From the NCBI GenBank assembly GCA_964480775.1, contig CAYZRF010000019.1, positions 3,381-35,380 of the forward strand: DNA of 32,000 bases. Reading direction: 5' to 3'. Within the stretch, counting starts at the first letter, position 1; every line of letters starts with the position of its first letter. The DNA is from an uncultured Nitrososphaerota archaeon. Lineage in GTDB: Archaea; Korarchaeota; Korarchaeia; Korarchaeales; Korarchaeaceae. The position numbers were made by a program, and so were the translations under genes. This document shows, one piece after another, positions 1-7,512 of the stretch. Under the pieces are notes generated by a model, which did no database searches, had not been told where the DNA came from, and saw nothing but the letters and a program-made list of their open reading frames with translations.

Positions 1-1351
1 CTTTAGGCTTGGCGACATCAAACTTGTTCTGATCGAAGTATAGTCTAAGCCCCCTAAAGAAAGCTTCTTCCCCGATCAATGAGCTAAGAAGGCGGAGAAC
101 CATGGCCCCTTTAGAGTAAACTATGGCGTTATAGGCTTCTAAGGAGGGAAAATCATCCATAGAAGATGCGATAGGGAGATCCTTACCTTCTGCAATGTAT
201 TCATAATAATTATTGATCACGTATTCGTCGAACGCTTTAAGAAAGCCCTTATCTCCGTAGACGAACTTGTAGTAAAGCATGCTTGAGTATTCTGCTAATG
301 CTTCATCAAGCCACGGATCGTCATATTGATCGTTTCCTACAATACCATACCACCATTGATGGGCAACTTCATGTGTGATAACCCTCTGGAGAAAATTCCA
401 GCTGGAAGAACCAATAATTTCCTTAGAATAGAGCCTCGACGAGATGAACACAATCGTTGGGTACTCCATTCCACCAAACCAGCCGTGAACTTCGGCTACT
501 CTAAACTCTGGGTAAGGATACTTTCCAAAAACTCTGCTAAAGATCTCTAAAGATCTTGCTGCAACTTCTGCTGCAAAAACTCCCGCCTCCTTGTGTTCTG
601 GGAGATAATAGGAGTATATCGTGACGTTTTCCCACGTAACACTGTAAACTTTATAATTTGGACTGAGGGCCAGGGCAAAGTCCCTTACGTTGCTTGCAAT
701 CCAAGTCTGAATAGTCATATTTCCTATTTTATGCTCTTCAACCAGGCTTCCCGTGGCTGCTATAACCTGGTTTCTCTCAGCTCTAATTTTGACAGTGAAG
801 TCAGCACATTCGCTGTAAAACGACTCTCCTATGGAAACGTAAGGGTGGGAGATCCAACTTCCATCTTCCATAACTGCAAGTATGGGAAACCAATTTCCTA
901 AAGCCATTATTCTCTCATAATATCCAAATCTATCCTCAGCGTTTGGTACCTTAACTATATAGCTCAAATTTACCCGAATCTCTTCTTTATAAGAGACGCC
1001 AGAAGGAAGCGGGATCGACAATGTAGTGTTATCTTTTTCTAAGAACCAAAATTTTTCAACAGGAATTCCATTAACGCTAACGTTAGTAATTTCTATCAGT
1101 CCACTAGGCTTGAATGCGTTTGGAAAAACCTTAAAGCGAACGTCTACTACCTTATTTGGAAGAATAAGAAGGACTGACTGATTTGCTTTCAGCACACCTG
1201 ATTCAAGATCTACTAAGAGGTCTATCCAGTACTTAGGACGTTTTTCTAAGCCCGCATCACCACTTAGTCTAAGCAATGAGGCTTGAATGCATAGTAACAA
1301 GAGGAAGCACACAAGTGAGAGGTGCTTGATCTGTGTTTCGTGAAACCCCAA
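1..1351 (-). CDS. M1-family zinc metallopeptidase (aminopeptidase N-like), 3' end beyond the left window edge
   Basis: The minus-strand frame is open from the window edge, so it is absent from the ORF track. The translation contains GGMEYP (GxMEN-type motif), HEVAHQWW (HExxH, about 359-373) and WLDEALAEY, giving HExxH-x18-E, the gluzincin M1 signature. The N-terminus MGFHETQIKHLSLVCFLLLLCIQASLL looks like a signal peptide or membrane anchor. After the upstream in-frame stop only TTG (1351) or a downstream GTG is available as a start. Confidence 0.8.
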   Translation of the reverse strand, partial: MGFHETQIKHLSLVCFLLLLCIQASLLRLSGDAGLEKRPKYWIDLLVDLESGVLKANQSVLLILPNKVVDVRFKVFPNAFKPSGLIEITNVSVNGIPVEKFWFLEKDNTTLSIPLPSGVSYKEEIRVNLSYIVKVPNAEDRFGYYERIMALGNWFPILAVMEDGSWISHPYVSIGESFYSECADFTVKIRAERNQVIAATGSLVEEHKIGNMTIQTWIASNVRDFALALSPNYKVYSVTWENVTIYSYYLPEHKEAGVFAAEVAARSLEIFSRVFGKYPYPEFRVAEVHGWFGGMEYPTIVFISSRLYSKEIIGSSSWNFLQRVITHEVAHQWWYGIVGNDQYDDPWLDEALAEYSSMLYYKFVYGDKGFLKAFDEYVINNYYEYIAEGKDLPIASSMDDFPSLEAYNAIVYSKGAMVLRLLSSLIGEEAFFRGLRLYFDQNKFDVAKPK

Positions 1352-1435
1352 ATACCTCAGAAATTGATTGTCTTTGATATTAAAAACAGGTTACTGATTT
1401 CTAGCCATGCAAAAGTTGTTCGTCCAAGAAATAAG

Positions 1436-1524
1436 TGGTGCGGGGGCCGGGATTTGAACCCGGGCGGGCCTACGCCCACCAGCTCCTAAGGCTGGCGCCT
1501 TGGACCTAGCTTGGCTACCCCCGC
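1436..1524 (-). tRNA. tRNA-Leu (anticodon UAG), class II with long variable arm, 3' CCA genomically encoded, no intron
   Basis: The reverse complement reads GCGGGGG-TA-GCCAAGCTAGGTCCAAGGC-G-CCAGC-CTTAGGA-GCTGG-TGGGCGTAGGCCCGC-CCGGG-TTCAAAT-CCCGG-CCCCCGC-A-CCA. It has a perfect 7-bp acceptor stem and 5-bp anticodon and T stems. The anticodon loop is CT-TAG-GA. Confidence 0.9.
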
Positions 1525-1546
1525 CAATTCAATCTAAAAGAAGCTT

Positions 1547-1557
1547 CTATTTTTATT
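1547..1557 (-). promoter_or_regulatory. Candidate TATA box for tRNA-Leu
   Basis: The minus strand reads AATAAAAATAG, centred about 28 nt upstream of the mature tRNA 5' end at 1524. It lies directly after the stop of the upstream VWA gene. Confidence 0.35.
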
Positions 1558-1560
1558 CCT

Positions 1561-2565
1561 TTACTTAACTTGAAGAAGGTCAGGCACGACGTATGGAATC
1601 TCAGAATAGCTCTCAATCTGGATAAATCTTCCATTCCCCAACCTAGCAAGATCTTCACATACCCTACGGCCTCTGATATTCCCAATTGGTCCAGGAGCGA
1701 ATATGACATTCAACCTTCTCATATCAACAGCTACTTCTCTAGGATCCCCTCCAACATTATAGTTTCCATCAGTTATAAGCAAGTAAACATATTCTCCCTT
1801 CATTTTTTCTCCTTCTTTCTTAGCTATCTCCAAAGCCTTCTTTATATTCGTATACCCTATCGGAACAACATCTAATATATCTTCAATCAACTTAGTTGCT
1901 TCAGTTGGGCTTGAGGCCCTTCGAACATCTGCATCGCTGTTAAATGTGATGAGGCAGAGTTCTCCTCCCCTAAGTAGATGAGCAGCCACAGATGCAGAAA
2001 TTGCCGCATGAGCTATTTTTTCTCCGCTCATTGAACCGCTCGTGTCGAGGATTATTATGGCCTTGGCTTTTCGTTCCATTCTTCCTAATCCAACAACGTG
2101 ATCGTAGGTAATTAGTTCGGGAGAACACGCACTTTCAAGAATTCGCTCAATAGTCTCCTCTAGGTCAAAATCGTCTCCGGGTTCGTAATATTTTCTTACT
2201 CTGATTGATTTCCCACGAACATGGGAGACTATCCTTTTTCCTCCCCTCATTATTGCTTTGGCAACGAGTCTTCTGAAAGCCTTCCTCATGGACTCGTTTA
2301 TACCCCATCTAGTCGAGCGGTAAAGTATAACGGACTTTATAGGATCTAACTCCAGCTGGGGGGCTATTTCATCTATAGATATCTCTGAAAGGGCCCTAGA
2401 AACAACGATCCAGTTGAATCTAGCAATTAACATTAGCAGATCAATATTTCCTTTCAAAATAGCTCTTAAGGATAGTTGAAAGATGTCTTCATACTCCAAA
2501 GCCTCGAATTCGTTTAGAAATTCAAATTCCTCTTTTGAAATGTCTTCCTCTAACTCAAACGTCAT
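1561..2565 (-). CDS. von Willebrand factor A (VWA) domain protein, partner of the upstream MoxR-type ATPase
   Basis: The MIDAS motif DxSxS is present as IILDTSGSMSG, followed by a VWA-like alternating beta/alpha pattern (LITFNSD, YLLITDG). The N-terminus is acidic. The start overlaps the ATPase stop by 4 nt (2562-2565). Confidence 0.8.
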   Translation of the reverse strand: MTFELEEDISKEEFEFLNEFEALEYEDIFQLSLRAILKGNIDLLMLIARFNWIVVSRALSEISIDEIAPQLELDPIKSVILYRSTRWGINESMRKAFRRLVAKAIMRGGKRIVSHVRGKSIRVRKYYEPGDDFDLEETIERILESACSPELITYDHVVGLGRMERKAKAIIILDTSGSMSGEKIAHAAISASVAAHLLRGGELCLITFNSDADVRRASSPTEATKLIEDILDVVPIGYTNIKKALEIAKKEGEKMKGEYVYLLITDGNYNVGGDPREVAVDMRRLNVIFAPGPIGNIRGRRVCEDLARLGNGRFIQIESYSEIPYVVPDLLQVK

Positions 2566-3452
2566 CGGGGCTCTTGGCCCCTCAGATAAAGGAAATTTTC
2601 CTCAACAACTTCTTCCTGTAACACTTCCTCCACAATTCTCTTTATGATATCCTCTCTTCTACCCTTCAAATCCTCTCTTATATCTATTCGCTCAGGAAGG
2701 ATCATGAGAGCAATGTCTAACCATTCTTTGGGTGAAAGATCTTTGCCATATGTCTTTGCTAACAAGGCCATGTCTATGGCCGCTCGGATAGAAGCACCTC
2801 TCCTTATATTCGGATCTTCTCTAGTTTTCCTAACTATTCTAACGCTGTACGATATTATATCCTCTTTTTTAACCCCCGCTCTTTGCCTAACGATCTCCAT
2901 TTCCTCTTCCTCTGACTGATAATCCAGCTTTACCAATACAAACCTGTCCTTAAGTGCCTCTGAAAGCCTTGTAACACCAATACTCTCTTCAGGATTTTGG
3001 GTAGCTATTATTATGAATTCCTCCTTAGCTTTTAGGGTACCAAGGTTGGGAATAGATATTATACCCTCATCCATAACGGGAAGGAGGGCATTTTGAGCAG
3101 ATTCTGAGAGCCTATTCAGCTCATTGATGAAAAGAACGCTTCCAGATAGTGCTGCCTTGGTTAATGGACCTTCAACAAAAGCCTCTCTCACATATCCCTT
3201 ATTTATGACCATCGGTGGATCCCAATAACCGATGAGTTTTGCCTCTGTTAGTCTTTCATCACCATCCACCCGAATGAAACCTCGCTTTAGGTACTCTGCA
3301 ATAGATCTTGCCAGCAAAGTTTTGCCTATTCCTACAGATCCCTCAAGCAACACGTGTTTCCCAGCTTTAATCGCCATTAGTATCTTTCTTATCTCAGAAT
3401 CTCTTCCTATTATTCCATATTTCTCCTTAATCTCTTGAACTTCGTCGTCCAT
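2562..3452 (-). CDS. MoxR-like AAA+ ATPase
   Basis: Walker A is LLEGSVGIGKT and the sensor-1 region is IIATQNPEE...LSEALKDRF, a MoxR signature. The Walker B position reads VLFINELNR, so N-E replaces the usual D-E. The gene is translationally coupled to the VWA gene. Confidence 0.85.
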   Translation of the reverse strand: MDDEVQEIKEKYGIIGRDSEIRKILMAIKAGKHVLLEGSVGIGKTLLARSIAEYLKRGFIRVDGDERLTEAKLIGYWDPPMVINKGYVREAFVEGPLTKAALSGSVLFINELNRLSESAQNALLPVMDEGIISIPNLGTLKAKEEFIIIATQNPEESIGVTRLSEALKDRFVLVKLDYQSEEEEMEIVRQRAGVKKEDIISYSVRIVRKTREDPNIRRGASIRAAIDMALLAKTYGKDLSPKEWLDIALMILPERIDIREDLKGRREDIIKRIVEEVLQEEVVEENFLYLRGQEPR

Positions 3453-3543
3453 AGCATGATACCTGCCCTTTCAATTTCTCATTTCTCAATCTTACATTCC
3501 ATGTTGGAGGTAATAAAGATGGCTTAAGCCTCAGATCTTATTT

Positions 3544-4233
3544 CTATTCTTCAGGAGCACCTAATACGATATTTACACCGGAACTAGTTCCAATACGGGT
3601 TGCTCCTGCCTCTATCATAGCAATAGCTTGCTCATAGGTTCTTATACCTCCTGCCGCCTTAATCCCCAACCTTTCTCCAACAGCTTCCTTCATGATCCTG
3701 ACGTCCTCAATCGTGGCTCCTCTTGGACCAAAGCCAGTGCAGGTCTTGACGAAATTGGCACCAGCTTCTTCGGCAAGCCTGCAACCAATTATGATCTCCT
3801 CTCTTGAAAGTAGACCAGTTTCTAAGATCACTTTAATTACTCCTTCTGGCTGAACAGATTTGAAGGAGTCAACAACGGCTATTATATCTTCCCTAACAAC
3901 GTCTTGATTCCCAGCTTTCAAGGCTCCAATGTTGATTACCATGTCTACCTCATCAGCCCCTTCAGTTCCAGCTATTTCCGCTTCAAAAGCCTTTACTTCC
4001 CTGAAAGTAAAGCCCAAGGGAAATCCTATTGTAGCAGAAACTTTTATCGACGTATTCTCAAGCAGCTGTTTTGCTAGAGGCACATAATAAGGACTGACAC
4101 AAACGGAATAGAAGTTATACGTCTTTGCCTCTTCAACTAACTTCCTAATATCGTCTGGCGTTGCTTGAGGGCTTAACTTCGTGTGGTCTATATATCTAGC
4201 AATTTGGCTTCTAGTTAATCTCACAATAATCAC
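3544..4233 (-). CDS. deoC: Deoxyribose-phosphate aldolase (DERA)
   Basis: The length and motifs are typical of class I DERA: IDHTKL near the N-terminus, VKVILETGLL, the Schiff-base lysine context FVKTCTGFG, and IKAAGGIRT. Confidence 0.85.
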   Translation of the reverse strand: MIIVRLTRSQIARYIDHTKLSPQATPDDIRKLVEEAKTYNFYSVCVSPYYVPLAKQLLENTSIKVSATIGFPLGFTFREVKAFEAEIAGTEGADEVDMVINIGALKAGNQDVVREDIIAVVDSFKSVQPEGVIKVILETGLLSREEIIIGCRLAEEAGANFVKTCTGFGPRGATIEDVRIMKEAVGERLGIKAAGGIRTYEQAIAMIEAGATRIGTSSGVNIVLGAPEE

Positions 4234-4274
4234 CCATTGAAGCGAATTAGTTGATTTACCTTAAATTCTAACCT

Positions 4275-4862
4275 TCAATACTTATGAGCCTTCTTCCTAA
4301 ACCAGGCTTCTATAAAGGAGAGAACTATCTCAAATGTTTCCCTAGCCTCAAGTCTTGTATTATCTAAAACCAGATGGAAAGGAGACAAATCCTCACCAAG
4401 TTTAAACCCGTATATAGCCTCGTAAATCTCTATAGATTCATTATCTTTCAACTTTATCCTTCTAACGGCCTCATCATAGGAGATACTATCTCTCCTCATA
4501 ACTCTTCTAGCCCTTTCCTTAAGATCGGCTTTTAGAAAGATGGCTACCTTGTCCTCTGCCTTGAGCAGGTAAGGCATCGTCCATGAATCAAGAACAACAT
4601 CTCCTTCCTCTTCAGCAAGCTTCATGAGTTCACCATCAACTTTTCTATCAAAAGTAGGATCTTCCTTTCTCATTTTCATTGCAATGGCTCCTATGTCCCT
4701 TTCCCACCACCCTACATCTCCAACCATTTTATTTCCGGAGATTACCCTTTTTAGAGCGTCTCCTCCAGAGTAGTATGGGATATTGTAGTACTTAGCTAGC
4801 TTTTTACCAAGCGTGCTCTTACCGCTGCCAGTAAAGCCAGAAATGCATATCTTCAACCGCAT
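4275..4862 (-). CDS. cmk: Archaeal-type cytidylate (CMP) kinase-like P-loop kinase
   Basis: The P-loop is ISGFTGSGKST. The protein is colinear with archaeal Cmk, including VVLDSW..., FLKADLKERARRV, EIYEAIYG and LVLDNTRL. Its specificity is not provable from sequence alone. Confidence 0.65.
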   Translation of the reverse strand: MRLKICISGFTGSGKSTLGKKLAKYYNIPYYSGGDALKRVISGNKMVGDVGWWERDIGAIAMKMRKEDPTFDRKVDGELMKLAEEEGDVVLDSWTMPYLLKAEDKVAIFLKADLKERARRVMRRDSISYDEAVRRIKLKDNESIEIYEAIYGFKLGEDLSPFHLVLDNTRLEARETFEIVLSFIEAWFRKKAHKY

Positions 4863-4926
4863 TCCCCCCTTCTTATTGTATTCTCAATGTTTTAGGGTTC
4901 AATGTGGCTAGGTACATAACAACCTT

Positions 4927-5925
4927 TTAAGCATCATCTAATAAAGGTGGAAGAGGTAGAAGAGGCCAATCCACTTCATCTACCCTCCATTTTGGTTTTA
5001 TACCGCTTTCCTCCAGCTTAAGAGCTCCGTGAGCTTTGTAGGAAAGAATTGAGGTGTACGCGATCATGACACCATTGTCTCTAGAATATTCTGGTGGAGT
5101 TACCTTTAGTTCCACGTTTCTATCCTTACACATGAGGCGCATCTTTTCTCTAAGCCTTGGAGAAGCAGCAACACCGCCTACGAGCAGGAGCTCATTCTTT
5201 TTCGTGTAAGCTAGGGCTCTTTCAGTCGCCTCTACTAGCATCGAGAACGTAACCTCAACAAAACTCCAGATTACATCCTCTACGCTTGCACCACCCCTGT
5301 ATCTTCTCAACGCTTCGGTTACAATTCCACTAAAAGCTAAATCCATACCTTTCACAGTGTAAGGAAGAGAAATCCATTTTCCCTTCATGTCATCCATTAT
5401 TGGACCTGAAGGGAAAGGAAGACCTACACCTCTTCCAACCTTATCGAGTGCGTTTCCTAATCCAATATCCAAGGTTTCTCCAATCACCCTGAAAGCCCTA
5501 CCAGAATTAACCATAATCTGGGTATTTCCTCCAGATACAAATACGATGAGAGGATCTTTAGCTCTGGCCATCAACCTTCCTATTTCGATGTGGGCTACAG
5601 CGTGGTTTACCCCAACCAAAGGTAAATTCAGTTTTGTAGCTAGACTTCTAGCAGCGATAGCTCCAACAAGTAGTGTTGAACCCAACCCCGGACCTCTTGA
5701 AAAACCCACTACATCGATTTCTTCGTAATTTATACCACTTCGCTCAAGAGCGCGCGATATTACCTCCTTAGCGACTTTGTAATGGTGCTCAGTCACTTCG
5801 ATTGGCTTCATCCCGCCCCTTTCTGTTCGAAATATCTCGTTGACGTTTGCAAGAATTCTTCCCCTATTATCTACTATGCCGACTCCAAAGGTGTGTGCTG
5901 TGCTTTCTATTCCTAAAGCGATCAT
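4927..5925 (-). CDS. kae1: Kae1, tRNA N6-adenosine threonylcarbamoyltransferase (KEOPS catalytic subunit)
   Basis: The N-terminus is ALGIESTAHTFGVGIV, the metal-binding motif is VNHAVAHIE, and the ASKHA fold pattern is present. The protein is 332 aa and is not fused to Bud32. An ATGA start/stop overlap links it to the upstream sua5. Confidence 0.9.
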   Translation of the reverse strand: MIALGIESTAHTFGVGIVDNRGRILANVNEIFRTERGGMKPIEVTEHHYKVAKEVISRALERSGINYEEIDVVGFSRGPGLGSTLLVGAIAARSLATKLNLPLVGVNHAVAHIEIGRLMARAKDPLIVFVSGGNTQIMVNSGRAFRVIGETLDIGLGNALDKVGRGVGLPFPSGPIMDDMKGKWISLPYTVKGMDLAFSGIVTEALRRYRGGASVEDVIWSFVEVTFSMLVEATERALAYTKKNELLLVGGVAASPRLREKMRLMCKDRNVELKVTPPEYSRDNGVMIAYTSILSYKAHGALKLEESGIKPKWRVDEVDWPLLPLPPLLDDA

Positions 5926-6554
5926 GGACCTATCAAGGTTTTATAGGCACCAACTATCTCTTTAAAACTAACTGGACCTTCTCTCACAAGTCTTGGGCTT
6001 CCACTTGTTAGATCCACGACGGTCGATGGTCTTCTGAAAAGCATTGTACCGCAACTGAGGGCAAGATCCGCACCAGGAATCTCTCTAACTGCTTGAAGGC
6101 AAGAATGAGGGGGAGGGTTTGATGTTTTGTTTGCGCTTGTGGAAGTAATTGCCCTTCCTAAGCCTTTGGCAATCTCCCTTACGATTAGAGACTCAGGAAT
6201 TCTGATGCCGATTGCTCGAGGGTTAATCTCAGGAATCACCCTCTCCGTTTTGGGTAATATAAAAGTAACTGCACCAGGAAGAAATTTCCCCAAAAACTCC
6301 TCTAAACCATCAATAATAGCATATCTTCTTGCCATCTTTATGTCACACACGGCTATCGTGAGGTACTTGTTGCTAGGCCTATGTTTAAGCTCATATATTC
6401 TAATAACTGCCTTAGCGTTCTCGGCATCAGCCCCTAGCCCATAAACAGTATCTGTAGGATAAATTACAGCGCCTCCAAGTCTAAGGACTCGAACGGCTTC
6501 TTTAATCGAATTAGCAACCCCAAACTTTGTCACATCAATTATTCTCAATCTCAC
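5922..6554 (-). CDS. sua5: L-threonylcarbamoyladenylate synthase, YrdC-domain-only form (Sua5/TsaC)
   Basis: The signature YPTDTVYGLGADA is present, along with SANKTSNPP and STVVDLT. No ATG is available near the conserved N-terminus, so the start is GTG at 6554 (or the TTG two codons in). Confidence 0.85.
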   Translation of the reverse strand: MRLRIIDVTKFGVANSIKEAVRVLRLGGAVIYPTDTVYGLGADAENAKAVIRIYELKHRPSNKYLTIAVCDIKMARRYAIIDGLEEFLGKFLPGAVTFILPKTERVIPEINPRAIGIRIPESLIVREIAKGLGRAITSTSANKTSNPPPHSCLQAVREIPGADLALSCGTMLFRRPSTVVDLTSGSPRLVREGPVSFKEIVGAYKTLIGP

Positions 6555-6592
6555 TCAACCATGACAAGATTAAATTCAGAAGCCTGGTTTCA

Positions 6593-7510
6593 ATGAGTGT
6601 TATGCCAAATAAAAGGGATAACGATTACGAACCATATTTCAAAATAGGTAAAACTCTTGGGAGATTGTTATCAGATGAATCCAAAAGAATCCGACCAGGA
6701 GATAAACTCGTAGATATTTGCGAGAGGATTGAAAACAAAATAATTGAGCAAGGCTTTTTTCCAGCCTTTCCTGTTAACATATCAGTAAACGAAATCGCAG
6801 CCCACTACACATCTCCTCCTGATGATGCTGAAGTAATTCCTGAAGACTCATTAGTAAAGCTTGATGTGGGCATACGAATTGAGGGGTACATAGTTGATGC
6901 TGCAAGACCGTTGGTATTTGATGAAAAACTTCGAAAACTTGCAGATGCCGCGTCCGCCTGTTTAGAGGCCGCAAGGCGGGCTATGAAGCCAGGAACCGAT
7001 CTTCAGCTAGTTGGCCAAACAATATACGATGAGGCAAAGAGATTGGGTTTCAAAACCATTGCAAATCTATCAGGTCATAAAATAGGTCATTATAAGCTGC
7101 ACGCAGGGGTTGGGGTTCCGAACATTCCGGTCTCGGTTGACTACAAGCTAAAAGTTGGAGACATATTTGCAGTAGAACCCTTTCTAACTTTTCCTGAGTT
7201 TCCAGGGATGGCTAAACCTTCAAAAGAAGCCTATATCTTTTCTTTCAGGAAGAAAATTCGCTCTTTAAATAAAATTCAAGAGAAGATAGTGTTTTTAGCA
7301 GAAAATAGATTTAGAAAGCTACCTTTTGCAGAAAGGTGGTTGACAAAAAACTTTGGCCAAAGAGTGGAGAAAGAACTTTCATTTCTAACGAAAAAAGGTG
7401 CTCTAATATCATATCCAGTACTTATTGAGGCGAAAAAAGGAATAGTTTCGCAAGAGGAAGATACCTTCCTAATAACAGAGGATGGAGCCATCCCTCTTAC
7501 AAGAGTATGA
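6593..7510 (+). CDS. map: Methionine aminopeptidase, type 2 (archaeal)
   Basis: Supporting matches are PAFPVNISVNEIAAHYTSPP, DVGIRIEGYIVDAA, LSGHKIGHYKLHAG, FAVEPF and the helical insertion typical of MetAP2. The track ORF begins at TTG 6527, inside the divergent sua5 start. ATG 6593 (or 6602) gives the expected length. Confidence 0.85.
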   Translation: MSVMPNKRDNDYEPYFKIGKTLGRLLSDESKRIRPGDKLVDICERIENKIIEQGFFPAFPVNISVNEIAAHYTSPPDDAEVIPEDSLVKLDVGIRIEGYIVDAARPLVFDEKLRKLADAASACLEAARRAMKPGTDLQLVGQTIYDEAKRLGFKTIANLSGHKIGHYKLHAGVGVPNIPVSVDYKLKVGDIFAVEPFLTFPEFPGMAKPSKEAYIFSFRKKIRSLNKIQEKIVFLAENRFRKLPFAERWLTKNFGQRVEKELSFLTKKGALISYPVLIEAKKGIVSQEEDTFLITEDGAIPLTRV

Positions 7511-7512
7511 GG

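Noticed and set aside
326-901. Plus-strand ORFs 326..550 and 593..901.
   Set aside because: They are antisense to the M1 peptidase reading frame, which carries the HExxH-x18-E and GxMEN-like motifs.
1436-3452. Possibility that the MoxR-VWA pair next to tRNA-Leu is part of an integrated element or defence island.
   Set aside because: I saw no integrase, no repeat of the tRNA 3' half elsewhere on reading, and no compositional break visible by eye. The flanks are housekeeping genes on the same strand. A rigorous repeat search was not possible by hand.
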